Part shown: piece after piece, positions 24,146 through 34,591 of the stretch
How the letters are laid out: each line of letters begins with the position of its first letter
Numbering within the stretch: the stretch's first letter is position 1
Assembly (NCBI GenBank): GCA_963713045.1
Contig: CAVQKE010000004.1
Location: 992,001 to 1,056,000 of the forward strand
Source of the DNA: an uncultured delta proteobacterium
GTDB lineage: Bacteria; Myxococcota; Myxococcia; Myxococcales; Myxococcaceae
Direction: 5' to 3'
DNA: 64,000 bases
Translations under genes and position numbers: made by a program
Notes under the pieces: generated by a model
Database searches by the model: none
Told to the model about the DNA's origin: nothing
What the model saw: only the letters and a program-made list of their open reading frames with translations

Positions 24146-27100
24146 ATGGAGCGTCGCGTCCTCATCGTCGAGAGCCAGCACGAATTCGCCCTCACCATGG
24201 CGTCTGTCCTGCGCACCGCAGGCTACCAGACGGCCACCGCCGACACGGCGGCCGATGCCCAGCGCGAGCTGGAGCTGCGTCGGCCAGATTTGGTGGTGCT
24301 GCGGGCCGAGCTGCCCGACCAGTCCGGCTTCGTGCTGTGCGGGCAGATTAAGAAGGGCAAATTCAGCCACCCGATGCCGGTGCTGCTGCTCAGCTCGGAC
24401 GTGGGGCAGGACGGCCTCAACCAGCACGCGCAGAGTCCCAACGCCGCTGACGCCTACTTAAGCATCCCCTTCCAAATGGACGACTTGGCGCAGATGACAT
24501 CCGGGCTGGTGCCCCTGGACGACGTCGAGCAATCGCTGGAGAACGCGCTGAGCGGCACCATCCTCACGCCCACCCGGGAAATGGCCGCGGTGCCGCCCCC
24601 CCTGCGGGCGCCGCCGCCGGGCAGCCCGCCCCGGCTGCCACGCCGTGAGCGCCGCAGCGCCCTCAACGACGACGACCGGGCCTTCCTCGACCGCGCCTTC
24701 CAGTCCATCGCCGACCGCAAGGCGGAGCTGTTGGCCGAGTCCCGTCAGGTCCGCCGGACGACGACCCGCCGCGAGCAGATGGGGACGCCGGAGGGGAAAA
24801 TCCAAATCCTCCGCGATGAACTCAAAGCCCGTGAGGCGCAGCTGGCACGCATCTCCGAAATCTGGACGGTGCGCGAGCGCGAGCTGCTCAGCGTCGAAGA
24901 CCGTCTGCATGAGAAGGACGTCGAGCTGCAGGGGCTGAAGATGCAAGTCGATGACTTGCTCCGCCGCTTCAACGACGCCCAGGCCGCCATGCTCCAGAAG
25001 GAGCGCGAGCACGGCGCCACCGTGGATGACTTGCTGCTGCAGAAGTTTGCCACCGAGAAGGACCTGATTGAGGTGGTGGCCAGCAAGGAGCGCGACCTCA
25101 ACACCGCCCGCCGAGACCTCCTGGCTGGCGAGGACGAGCTGCAGCGGGCGGCCGCGGCCGCGGCCCAGGCCGCCGAGTCGCATGCCGAACTGGAGCGCCA
25201 GCTGTCGGTCACCACCCTCGAGGCGGAGGTGCTCGAGCAGAAGCTGACCGAGGAGCTGCGGCAACAGACGGCTCGCGCCAACCAACTCGACACCGAGCTC
25301 GCCCTGTTGCGCGAGGCACTGGCTCGCACCGAGGCCGAGCGCAACGCCCACGACGAGGAGAATGCCCGCAGCATCGCCTCCCTCCGAGAGGAGTTGGAGC
25401 GGACCAAGGCCACCAGCGCCGCCACCATCCAGCAGCTGGAGGCCAGAGCCAGCCAGGCGGAGGCCCACGGCCAAGCCCGGGACGCCGAGGTGGCCACGCT
25501 GACCGAAGCCCGCAGCAAGGCCGACGTCGAACACGCCCAGACGACGGAGGCGCTGGAGCAGCGCCTGTTCGCCGCCGAAGCGCGCGCGGAGGACCTCCGT
25601 CTGGAAGTGGAGCACCTCACCGCGCAAATGGCGGACCGGCTGGCCGAGCGCGACGCCAAGCTGCAGGCGACGGAGCGCGAGCTGGCGGTCGCGGTGGAGC
25701 AGCGCGAGGCGGCCGATGCGGACTTCCACCGCCAAATCCAAACCAAGCTGGAGCGCATCGGCGAGTTGGAGGGCGAACTCGACGCGGCCCGGGCTTCGGC
25801 CGAAGAGCGCGAGGCCGAACTGGCGACGGAATACGCGGCCCTGGTGGAGGCCAAGCGGGTCGCGGAAGCAGACCTCACCGCCCGCCTGGAGGAGGCGCTT
25901 CGGCAGAAGCGGGGCACCGAGGAGGAATTGACAACGGAGCGCGCCGCGCGCGCCGACGTCGCTGGCCAGCTGGCAAGCACTGCCACCGCGCTGCGCCTGC
26001 GCGACGCCGAGCTGGCCGACGCCCGCGCCGAGCTGGAACGCCGGGCCGTGGCGGCGGCGGAATTCATGAAGCAGCTGGAGGAGGCCGACGCCCAGAGTCG
26101 GGCCCTGGCCGAGCGCGTCACGGCGCTGGAGGGGACGGTGGGCGAGCGCGAAAGCGCGCTGGCCTCGCTGCGTGGAGAGCTGGAGGCCACCCAGCAGGCC
26201 CTCACCGAATCCCAAAGCCACCTCGCCTCCACCGAGCAGTTGGTGCTGGACAGCCAAGAGGGGCTGCAGCGCACCACCACCGCCCTGGAACAGTCCCGGG
26301 CCGCGCTGCAGCAGGAGCAAGCCGCGCTGGCCCGCGCCCAGCAACAGGCAGCCGCCCAGGCCGCACACCTGGCAGAGCTGGAGCCGGAGTTGGCCGAGCT
26401 GCAGGACCAACACGCCCACCTGAAACTGGAACTGGGCGCGCGGATGGCCGAAGTCACGCAGCTGACGGCGCGTGCCGCGACCGCCGAGGACGAGAAGCTG
26501 GCCATGGAGGAACGGCTGGCCGCCTTTCAAGAAGAGGCCGGCCGGCGCGAGGAGTTGCTGCGGGGAGACTTGACGGCCCTGGTGCAGCAGGCCGAGGACA
26601 GCCGCACCCGCATGGGGGACTTGCAGGCCGAGGCGCGACGCGAGCGCGACGCCCTGGCCCACGAAGTCCAAGCCAAAGGAGAGCAGGCCCGCGCGGCCGA
26701 CGCCCGCCTCAAGGAGTTGCAGGAGTCCGCCGATCGGCGGGTGGCCGAGCTGACCCAGAAGCTGACCGCGGCCAGCCGGGAGGCGGAGCGCGCTGGCGCC
26801 GACGCCGAGAAGCGCCGTCAGGCACTGGTGGCGCTGCAGGCGGAAAGCGCCGCGGACCGCGAGCGTCTGCAGGAAGGCTTGGGCCAGCAGCTTCGCATCG
26901 CCAGCGCGCAGGCCGAGGACTTCCGGGCGCGGCTGGAGGCAGCGGAGGCCGAGGCCCGCGCCAGTCAGGCCGAAGTGGGAGGCCAGCTGCAGGCGCTCGA
27001 GGCCGCCGGCGTGGCCGAACGCACCACCGCCAGCGCCAGAATCGCGGAGTTGGAAGCGGCGCTTGCCCAGGCCACCACCACCGCCACCGCGCGGACGCGC

Positions 27101-27622
27101 CGGGCGCAGGAGTTGGAGAATGCACTGGAGGCCTCGGCGGCTTCCAAGGTGAGGACCGAGCGGGAGTTGCAGGGCCGCCTGGCCGCCTCTGAAGCCCGAG
27201 GCAACGAAGCCACCAGCCGGCTGGCGCAGGCCCAGAAGGAGCGCAAGGAGTTGGAAGGGCGCATGGCGGCCGAAGTCAATGAGTTGGTGGCCCGCCAGCG
27301 CGCGGAACTCGAGCGCCGAGACGCCGCCAAGGCGCAGGAGGTGGCGCGCCTGCAGGCCGCCGTCCAGGAGCGCAGCCGGGCGTTGAAGGTGGCGGAACTG
27401 GAGTTGGCGCGGCTGAAGGCACGTCCGGGCGCCAGCGCTCCCCGCACCCAGGAGGTGGCAGCAGCCTCCGAGTCAGCCATCCCCCGCGGAAGTACCCCGG
27501 GCGTCGCCCGCCCGGCGCCGTCTCCCCTGCCCCGCATCCCGGAGACGAGTCAATCCGGCCGGCACCCGGACCCAGAGGACTGGAACGCCCTGGTCGACGA
27601 GTTGGACAAGCCCCGCCGCTAG
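24146..27622 (+). CDS. aglZ: Adventurous gliding motility protein AglZ (pseudo-receiver + long coiled coil)
   Basis: MERRVLIVESQHEFAL...PDLVVLRAELPDQSGFVLCG N-terminus closely resembles M. xanthus AglZ as I recall it; about 900 aa of heptad coiled coil. Confidence 0.9.
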   Translation: MERRVLIVESQHEFALTMASVLRTAGYQTATADTAADAQRELELRRPDLVVLRAELPDQSGFVLCGQIKKGKFSHPMPVLLLSSDVGQDGLNQHAQSPNAADAYLSIPFQMDDLAQMTSGLVPLDDVEQSLENALSGTILTPTREMAAVPPPLRAPPPGSPPRLPRRERRSALNDDDRAFLDRAFQSIADRKAELLAESRQVRRTTTRREQMGTPEGKIQILRDELKAREAQLARISEIWTVRERELLSVEDRLHEKDVELQGLKMQVDDLLRRFNDAQAAMLQKEREHGATVDDLLLQKFATEKDLIEVVASKERDLNTARRDLLAGEDELQRAAAAAAQAAESHAELERQLSVTTLEAEVLEQKLTEELRQQTARANQLDTELALLREALARTEAERNAHDEENARSIASLREELERTKATSAATIQQLEARASQAEAHGQARDAEVATLTEARSKADVEHAQTTEALEQRLFAAEARAEDLRLEVEHLTAQMADRLAERDAKLQATERELAVAVEQREAADADFHRQIQTKLERIGELEGELDAARASAEEREAELATEYAALVEAKRVAEADLTARLEEALRQKRGTEEELTTERAARADVAGQLASTATALRLRDAELADARAELERRAVAAAEFMKQLEEADAQSRALAERVTALEGTVGERESALASLRGELEATQQALTESQSHLASTEQLVLDSQEGLQRTTTALEQSRAALQQEQAALARAQQQAAAQAAHLAELEPELAELQDQHAHLKLELGARMAEVTQLTARAATAEDEKLAMEERLAAFQEEAGRREELLRGDLTALVQQAEDSRTRMGDLQAEARRERDALAHEVQAKGEQARAADARLKELQESADRRVAELTQKLTAASREAERAGADAEKRRQALVALQAESAADRERLQEGLGQQLRIASAQAEDFRARLEAAEAEARASQAEVGGQLQALEAAGVAERTTASARIAELEAALAQATTTATARTRRAQELENALEASAASKVRTERELQGRLAASEARGNEATSRLAQAQKERKELEGRMAAEVNELVARQRAELERRDAAKAQEVARLQAAVQERSRALKVAELELARLKARPGASAPRTQEVAAASESAIPRGSTPGVARPAPSPLPRIPETSQSGRHPDPEDWNALVDELDKPRR

Positions 27623-27664
27623 CCAAAGCTGGGCCGCCGCCCTCCGGTTGGACGCCGCCCCCCC

Positions 27665-28420
27665 ATGGTGCTGAGCGTTGCCACCGCCCTCGTCCTCTGC
27701 CTGGCCGGCCTTCTCCTCGGCGTCGCGCTGGGCTGCACCAGCGTGGGCGGCGTGCTGCTGGTCCCCTTCCTCGCCTACGGGCTGGGGCTGCCGGTGCATG
27801 CGGCCATTGCGGTGGCCCTCTACAGCTACCTGTTGAGTGGGCTGGTGGCGGTGTCGCTGTACGCGCGGCACGGCTCCATCCACTGGCGCATGGCTGGCTG
27901 GCTTGCCGCCGCCGCGCTGCCCGGCGCCTTCTTCGGTGCGCGGCTGGCCGCTGCGCTGTCCGGCACCGTGCTGCAGGCCCTGATTGCCCTGCTTTTGGTG
28001 ACGGCGGGGCTGCAGGCGGTGCTTCGACGCCAGCAGAGAGCAGCCGAATCGCCGGCCCTGGGCGTCGCCGTGCTGCTGGCCCTGGGCGCCCTGACTGGCT
28101 TCGTCTCGGCCATGGTGGGCGCCGGCGGCGCCGTCCTCCTGGTGCCGGTGTTGGTGGCAATGGAGCAGCCCGTGCTGCTGGCTCTGGGCTTGGGACAACT
28201 GATTCAGGTGCCCATTTCCGCGGTGGCCTCCTGGGCCAACTGGCGCGCCGGCATGTTGGACCTCCGCACCGGGACGCTGTTGGCGGTGGCCCTCAGCCTG
28301 GGCATTGCGGCTGGGACGCCGCTGGCGCATGCCTTGCCACAGGCCCTGCTGCGCCGGGTGCTGGGCTTCGCCATGTTGGCCTGCGGCGCGGCGGTGGTGG
28401 TGCGGCTTCTGTGGCGGTAA
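27665..28420 (+). CDS. TauE/SafE (TSUP) family membrane transporter
   Basis: About 8 TMs; duplicated GxxxVGGVLLVP / GAGGAVLLVP motif. Confidence 0.85.
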   Translation: MVLSVATALVLCLAGLLLGVALGCTSVGGVLLVPFLAYGLGLPVHAAIAVALYSYLLSGLVAVSLYARHGSIHWRMAGWLAAAALPGAFFGARLAAALSGTVLQALIALLLVTAGLQAVLRRQQRAAESPALGVAVLLALGALTGFVSAMVGAGGAVLLVPVLVAMEQPVLLALGLGQLIQVPISAVASWANWRAGMLDLRTGTLLAVALSLGIAAGTPLAHALPQALLRRVLGFAMLACGAAVVVRLLWR

Positions 28421-28507
28421 CGCGCGCCGGCGCTCTGCCGGGGCCCCCTGGCTCCCCACAGCAGTTCTGGGCGTTCGCCTCCACAACCCATTAAGCTTGC
28501 GCGCGAG

Positions 28508-29440
28508 TTGGCTGCCTCCGCCCCCACCCCGCCCTTCGCCTCCGCTGACGACGCTCGCGCTCGCCTCGAAGCCACGGGCTATTTGGCCTCGCGGGAAATT
28601 GCCACCTGCGCCTTCCTCGCCGACGCGATGGGCAAGCCGGTGCTGGTGGAAGGGCCGGCCGGCGTCGGGAAGACGGCCTTCGCCCGCGCCTTCGGCCGGG
28701 CGCTGGGCCGGCCCATCATCCACCTGCAATGCTACGAAGGGCTGGACGAGGCGAAGGCCCTTTATGAATGGGAATATGCCAAGCAGCTTTTGTACACCCA
28801 GCTGTTGAAGGACAAAATCGGCGAGACGCTGCAGGGCTCTCGGAGCCTGGGCGAGGCGGCCGACCGCATCGCCCAAAGCGACGCCGTCTTCTTCTCCCAG
28901 CGCTTTCTCCTCCCCCGCCCCATTCTCCAAGCCCTATTGTCCGAGGAGCCCGCCCTGCTGTTGGTGGACGAGGTGGACAAAGCGGACCCGGAGTTTGAGG
29001 CCTTCCTGCTGGAAGTGCTGGCGGACAACGCCGTCACCATTCCGGAGCTCGGGACGCTGCGCGCCACCAATGTCCCGCGGGTGGTGCTGACGTCCAACGC
29101 CGCACGCGAGCTGTCCGACGCCCTCAAGCGGCGCTGCCTGCACCTCCACATTGACTTTCCCAGCCGGGAGCGCGAGTTGCGCATTCTTCGCGCCCGCTTC
29201 CCGGCGCTCCCGGCCCAGCTGGCCGAGGGCGTGGTCGCGGCAGTCGCCAAGCTGCGGGACATGGAATTGAAGAAGCCGCCCTCCATCAGCGAAACGCTGG
29301 ACTGGGCCCAAAGCCTGGTGCTCCTCAACGCCGACGCGTTGACGGCCGAGGTGGTGGCCGCCACCCTCAACGTCGTCCTCAAGTATGAGTCCGACGCCGA
29401 GCGGGCCCGTCCCCAGCTGTCCCAGCTGGCCCAGGCCTAA
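28508..29440 (+). CDS. MoxR/CoxD-type AAA+ ATPase
   Basis: EGPAGVGKT, LQCYEGLDEAKALYEW, LVDEVDK, SDALKRRC. Confidence 0.92.
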   Translation: MAASAPTPPFASADDARARLEATGYLASREIATCAFLADAMGKPVLVEGPAGVGKTAFARAFGRALGRPIIHLQCYEGLDEAKALYEWEYAKQLLYTQLLKDKIGETLQGSRSLGEAADRIAQSDAVFFSQRFLLPRPILQALLSEEPALLLVDEVDKADPEFEAFLLEVLADNAVTIPELGTLRATNVPRVVLTSNAARELSDALKRRCLHLHIDFPSRERELRILRARFPALPAQLAEGVVAAVAKLRDMELKKPPSISETLDWAQSLVLLNADALTAEVVAATLNVVLKYESDAERARPQLSQLAQA

Positions 29441-29457
29441 GGAGGCGAGGGGCCGCC

Positions 29458-32456
29458 GTGGCCGCGGGCAGCCCGCCTTCTCCCCCCGCCGTCGCCCGGG
29501 CCCAGGCCCGGCTTTCCACCGCCCTCGGCGAGGCGCGGGCCCTGGCCCTGGCCCAAGCGGCGGAGTCCACCTTTGACGCGGCGGCAGTGCTGTCCACCCT
29601 GGAGCGGCTGGTGCCCGCCCTCAGCGAGGCACCGCAGGCCGTCGGGTTGGTGGTCGCCCTGGCGCAGGGCAGCGAGGCGCTGGCGCGGCTTTTGGCGCTG
29701 CGTCCCGGCCTGTTGCGCTGGCTGGCCGGCGCGCGGCTGGAGCGGCCCTGGTCTCGGGCCCGCACCTTGGCAGCGGCGCGCGGCGCGGTGTCCGGCCTGG
29801 CGGTGGGGGACCGGGAGGGGCTGACGCGGCGGCTGCGCCGCTTCAAAGCGCGCGCGCTGCTGCGGTTGGCCGCGCGGGAGTTGTGGGCTGGCGCCCCGCA
29901 GCCGGAAGTTGGCCGAGAGCAAGCGGAGCTGGCCGAAGCGGTGCTGCGGGCGGCGCTGCCGCCGCTGGAGGCAGCCCTTCGGCTGCGGCACGGGACGCCC
30001 CAGCCGGAGGGCTTCTGCGTGCTGGGCCTCGGCAAGCTGGGCGGCGAGGATTTGAATTTTAGCTCGGACGTGGACTTGGTGTACCTCTACCGGGCGGAAG
30101 GCGAGACGTCCGGCGGCACCAGCGGCAGCGTCCCCAACCTCACCTACTACGCGCGGCTGGCGGAGGGCCTCACCCGCGCCCTCAGCCTGCAAACCGAAGA
30201 TGGCTTCTGCTTCCGGGTGGACTTGGGGCTTCGGCCGGAGGGACGCGCCGGGCCGGTCGTCCTCTCGCTGCGGGCCGCGGTGCACTACTACGAAAGGGCC
30301 GGCCGCACCTGGGAGCGCGCCGCCTGGGTCAAGGGTCGCGCCGTGGCGGGAGACGAGGCGCTGGGAAGGGAATTCCTCAAGGCCCTGGAGCCCTTCCTCT
30401 GGCGGCGCACCTTGGACTTCGGCGCGGTGGACGCGCTGCGGGCGTTGAAGGCTGAAATTGACTTGCGGGGCAAGGCCAGTGCCGAGGACGTCAAACTGGG
30501 CCCGGGCGGCATTCGCGAGGTGGAATTCTTCGCCGTGGCGCTGCAGCTGTTGCACGGGGGCAAAGCGCCCCAGCTGCGGGTGGGCAACACCCTGCTTGCG
30601 CTGCGGCGCCTGGCCGACATGGGGCTTCTCACCCAGCCGGACGCCGACGCGCTGGCCGACGCCTACGTCTTTTTGCGGCGGGTAGAAAACCGGCTGCAAA
30701 TGGTGGAGGAGCAACAGACGCAAACCCTCCCCTCCCTGCCCCGCGAGCGGCTGCGCTTGGCGAAAAGTTTGGGCCTTCCGTCGGTGGAGGCCCTGGACGC
30801 GGACCTGGGGCGCCACCGCCGCTTCGTCGCCTCCGCCTTCCAGACACTGCTGGGGCAGACGGCGCGCAATGAGACGCCGGATGAGCCGCTTCTCGCGCTG
30901 GCGCTGGACCCCGAGCTGTCCGCCGCCCGGCGCCATGAGGCGCTGGTGGCCCGTGGCTTCCTCGACGCCGAAGCCTCCCTGCGCTCGCTGGAACGGCTGC
31001 GGCGCACGCTTCTGGCCAGCGGGCTGCAGGAAGGGCCCGGGCCCGGCGTTCCGGCAGCGCACCTCCTCTCGGAGTGCGCCCGCAGCCCGGAGCCGGACCA
31101 GGCCCTCTTCTTCCTCGCCGAGTTTCTCTCCAACCTGGTGGCCCCGCTGGGGTACCTGCGGCTGTTGCTGCAGCGCCCGGCCGTGGCCCGCCGGCTGGTG
31201 GGCCTGTTTGGCCAAAGCGCCTTTTTAAGTGGCTACTTTGTCCGCAACCCGGAATTGCTGGACGTCCTGGTCCAGGCCGACAGCGGCGGCCCGCACAAGC
31301 CGCCAGAGCGGCTGGCCGCGGAACTTGGCGGCCGACTGGCCCGCTCCCCGCTGGACGAGGAGCGGCTGGGGGCCATGCGGCGGTACAAGAACGAGGAGGT
31401 GCTGCGCATTGCCCTGGGAGACATTTCCGGGGACCTCGACGTGCCGGAAGTGGCCGCGCAGCTGAGCGCCCTGGCTGACGCCTTGCTGGATGCCTGCCTC
31501 TTCCAGGCCGAGGTGGAGTTGCGCGAGCGCTTTGGGCCGCCCCGGCTGCGCGCCGGGGGGCGGGCCGCGCTGGCGGTGCTGGGCCTCGGCAAGCTGGGGG
31601 GGCAGAGCTTGGCTACCATTCGGACTTGGATTTGCTTTTCGTCTACCAGGGCGGCGGGGTGGATGAGGAGACGGCCGGCGGCAGCCGGGCCCCCATCGGC
31701 CATTCGGAATATTTCGCCCGGTTGGTGCAGCGGCTGCTGTCGCTGTTGACGGTGCAGCTGCGGGAGGGACGGCTGTACCAGGTGGACGCCCGGCTGCGCC
31801 CCAGCGGCAACCAGGGCACCTTGGTGGTGAGTGAGGTGGCCTTTGCCGAGCACCACCAGCGCCACGCCCAGCTGTGGGAGCGCCAGGCGTTGGTGAAGGC
31901 ACGCGCCGTGGCCGGCGACAGCCGCTTCGGCGCGGCACTGGTGGCCCAGGTGGTACAGCCGCTGGTGTACATGCGGCCGCTGGCCCCGGGCGCAGCGGAG
32001 GAAATTCACCGGCTTCGCCAGCGGATGCAGGCGGAAGTCGCCGGAGAGACGGCGGGCGAGTTGGACCCCAAGGCCGGGCATGGCGGCCTGGTGGACGTGG
32101 AATTCGCCACCCAATATTTGCAGCTTCTGCACGGGGGAACGGTACCGGCCGTGCGCGGGACCAACACCCTGCGCGCCGTGGAGGCCCTGCAGGCCGCGGG
32201 CCTTTTGACGCCGCAAGACGCGCTCGCCCTGCGCAGCGGCTACCTGTTCCACCGGCGGGTGGAAAACCGGCTGCGGCTGGTGCACGGACGGGCGTTGACG
32301 AAGCTACCCACCAGCGGGCCTCCGCTGGCACTGTTGGCCCGACGGCTGGGGCATGGCGGTAATGACCCCGGGGGGGCCTTTCTCGCCGCCTACCGCCGGC
32401 AAGCCGAGGCCGTCCGGAAGGTGTACCACCGTGTGCTGCTGGGAGGGTCGTGCTAA
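29458..32456 (+). pseudogene. glnE: Glutamine synthetase adenylyltransferase GlnE, split by a 1-nt frameshift (real lesion or sequencing error)
   Basis: Two NTase halves: GKLGGEDLNFSSDVD, RVDLGLRPEG, WERAAWVK; second GKLGG broken at G7 run 31596-31602, continuing ELGYHSDLD, VDARLRPSG, WERQAL in the next frame. Confidence 0.9.
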
Positions 32457-32483
32457 CACCTGCGCGCTGACGGCGAACTGCCC

Positions 32484-34556
32484 TTGGAACCTGTCCACGT
32501 CCTGGTCGTCGACGATGACCGCCACGTCCAGCGGATGTTGGGCGACGCGCTGCGGGGCGCTGGCTTCAGTGTCACCATTGAGAGGGATGGCGAATCCGCC
32601 CTGAAGGCCTTTGAGGAGCGGGCCTTCGACGTGGTGGTGTTGGACGTGCTGTTGCCGCTGCTCAACGGCTACGAAGTCGCCAGACGCATCAAGTCCACCC
32701 CGGCCGGCGCGCGGGTGCCGGTGCTGATGATTTCCGGCATCTACAAGTCTCGGCTGCAGGCGCAGGAGGCGGTGGAGCGCCACGGCGCGGCGGCCTTTGT
32801 CGAGAAGCCTTTCAAGTTGGGGGCCCTCTTCGAGAAGCTGCGCGACGTCCTGCAGGAGCGCTACCCCACCCCACCGCCGCCACCTCCACCCGTCGTCGAG
32901 CCCCCCAAAGGGGACCCGCTGGCCGACCCCCGGGCCCGGGCCGAAGCAGCGCAGGTGGAGTCGGCGCCGGCGCCCACCGCCGGGGCCCGGGGCGACTTTT
33001 CCGAGGCCCCCTTTGCCGAGGTGCTGGCTGGGCTGCACCGGCAAGGCGCCACCGGCGCACTTCTTCTCCGGCGGGAGAAGGTGAAGAAAATTATTTACTT
33101 CCGCCAAGGGGTGCCGGTCAGCGTGAAGAGCAACCGGCTGGGGGAATGCCTCGGCCGGGTGATGGTGCGCGAGGGCATGTTGTCCGAGGCGGACTGCGAA
33201 CGCTCGCTGGAGCGGATGAAGTCCGCCGGGCGTCAGCAGGGCACCGTCCTCATCGAGATGGGCGTCATCAGCCCCCACAACCTGCGCTACGCCCTGGACT
33301 TGCAGCTGCGCCTCAAACTGATGGACGTCTTCTCCTGGCAGTCGGGCGAATGGCAATTCAACCAGGCGGCGCAGGCCCCAGCGGACACCGTGCGGCTGGA
33401 GTTGTCCCCGGCGGCCATCATCCATGAGGGCGTCCGGCGCGGGTTTGACGAGGCGCGCGTCCAGGCGCGCCTGGGCGACGTCTCGGAGCGCACCGTGTGG
33501 CCCACCGAGGACCCCCTGTTCGCCGGCCAGGACATGGGCCTCGGCGAGGAGGAGCTGCAGCTGCTGGCCAGGATGGATGGCAGCCGGACGGTGGCCGAGC
33601 TGCGCGCGCTGGCGCTTTTGCCCCCGCTGGAGACCGACCGCCTGCTGTACGCGCTGCTGGCCGCGCAGATGGTGGAGCTGCGCACCAGCCGCCGCGATGT
33701 GCCCCCTCCGGCTTCGGGAGCGGCGCCGGCCGACGCGTCCAGCAGGGAGGCCGTCACCGAGGAAATTCCGCAAGGCGGCGACGACGGCGAGGAGCCGCTC
33801 GAGTTGAAGGATGAAGTGACGGAGGATGAGGACGGTGCGCAGCGCGAGCGGCTGCTTGGCACCCTGGCCGCGATGAAGCGGATGGACTTCTTTGAATTGT
33901 TGGGCGTCCGCTCCGATGCGCCAGCCGAGGAGGTGCGCCGCGCCCACCGCGAGTTGGTGCGCGAGTACCACCTGGACAAATTCGTCGCCTCCTCCAGCGG
34001 CGAGGTGCAGAAGCTGGCGGCCTCCATTCAGGAGCTTCTCGGAAAGGCCCGGGACGCGCTGGTGGACGCCGGAGCACGGGCCGAATACCGCAGCCAGCTG
34101 GGCTCGGGGGGAGTGCGCCACGAGGTGGGCGAAGCGGTGGGGCGGATGCTGCAGGCCGAGAGCACCTTTCGTCGCGGCCAGCAGCTGCTCTCTTCGGGGG
34201 ACGTGCCCGGAGCACGGGCCCTTTTCGAGGAGGCGGTGCAGCTGCAGCCGGAGGAGGGGGAGTTTGTGGCCTACCTCGGCTGGGCCCGCTTCCAGCAGTC
34301 GCCGGGCGTCAATGAAGAGGCACAAATTTCCCGCGCCGCCCTGGAGCGGGCTGTCCAGCTGAGCCCGACGCTGGAGAAGGCCCACCTCTTCCTCGGCCAC
34401 GTCCTCAAGGCGCTGGGCCGGGCCGAGGAGGCCACCCGGGCCTTCGAAAGGGCGCTGGAGTGCAACCCCTCCAGCGGCGACGCGCTGCGGGAGCTCTCCA
34501 TTTTGTCTTGGGCAGTCCGGCTGCAAGGGGGCAGGGACAAGCGCGGGGGGCTTTGA
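32484..34556 (+). CDS. Response regulator with DUF4388-like, J-like and TPR domains
   Basis: REC (VVDDD, VLDVLLP, EKPF); ATGALLL...KIIYFRQG..., DFFELLGV...YHLD, C-terminal TPRs. Confidence 0.85.
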   Translation: MEPVHVLVVDDDRHVQRMLGDALRGAGFSVTIERDGESALKAFEERAFDVVVLDVLLPLLNGYEVARRIKSTPAGARVPVLMISGIYKSRLQAQEAVERHGAAAFVEKPFKLGALFEKLRDVLQERYPTPPPPPPPVVEPPKGDPLADPRARAEAAQVESAPAPTAGARGDFSEAPFAEVLAGLHRQGATGALLLRREKVKKIIYFRQGVPVSVKSNRLGECLGRVMVREGMLSEADCERSLERMKSAGRQQGTVLIEMGVISPHNLRYALDLQLRLKLMDVFSWQSGEWQFNQAAQAPADTVRLELSPAAIIHEGVRRGFDEARVQARLGDVSERTVWPTEDPLFAGQDMGLGEEELQLLARMDGSRTVAELRALALLPPLETDRLLYALLAAQMVELRTSRRDVPPPASGAAPADASSREAVTEEIPQGGDDGEEPLELKDEVTEDEDGAQRERLLGTLAAMKRMDFFELLGVRSDAPAEEVRRAHRELVREYHLDKFVASSSGEVQKLAASIQELLGKARDALVDAGARAEYRSQLGSGGVRHEVGEAVGRMLQAESTFRRGQQLLSSGDVPGARALFEEAVQLQPEEGEFVAYLGWARFQQSPGVNEEAQISRAALERAVQLSPTLEKAHLFLGHVLKALGRAEEATRAFERALECNPSSGDALRELSILSWAVRLQGGRDKRGGL

Positions 34557-34591
34557 CTTTGGGGGCCAGCGCCTGCTGAAACCCTTTCCCG

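Noticed and set aside
25000..27400. Repetitive-looking DNA in aglZ as a tandem repeat or CRISPR array
   Set aside because: Reflects E/A/R/L/Q-rich coiled-coil codons; no fixed-length repeat-spacer pattern
34553..34568. Third copy of the lipid operator upstream of ilvE (TTGACTTTGG...)
   Set aside because: The second half-site AATCA is absent; more likely a -35 element or chance
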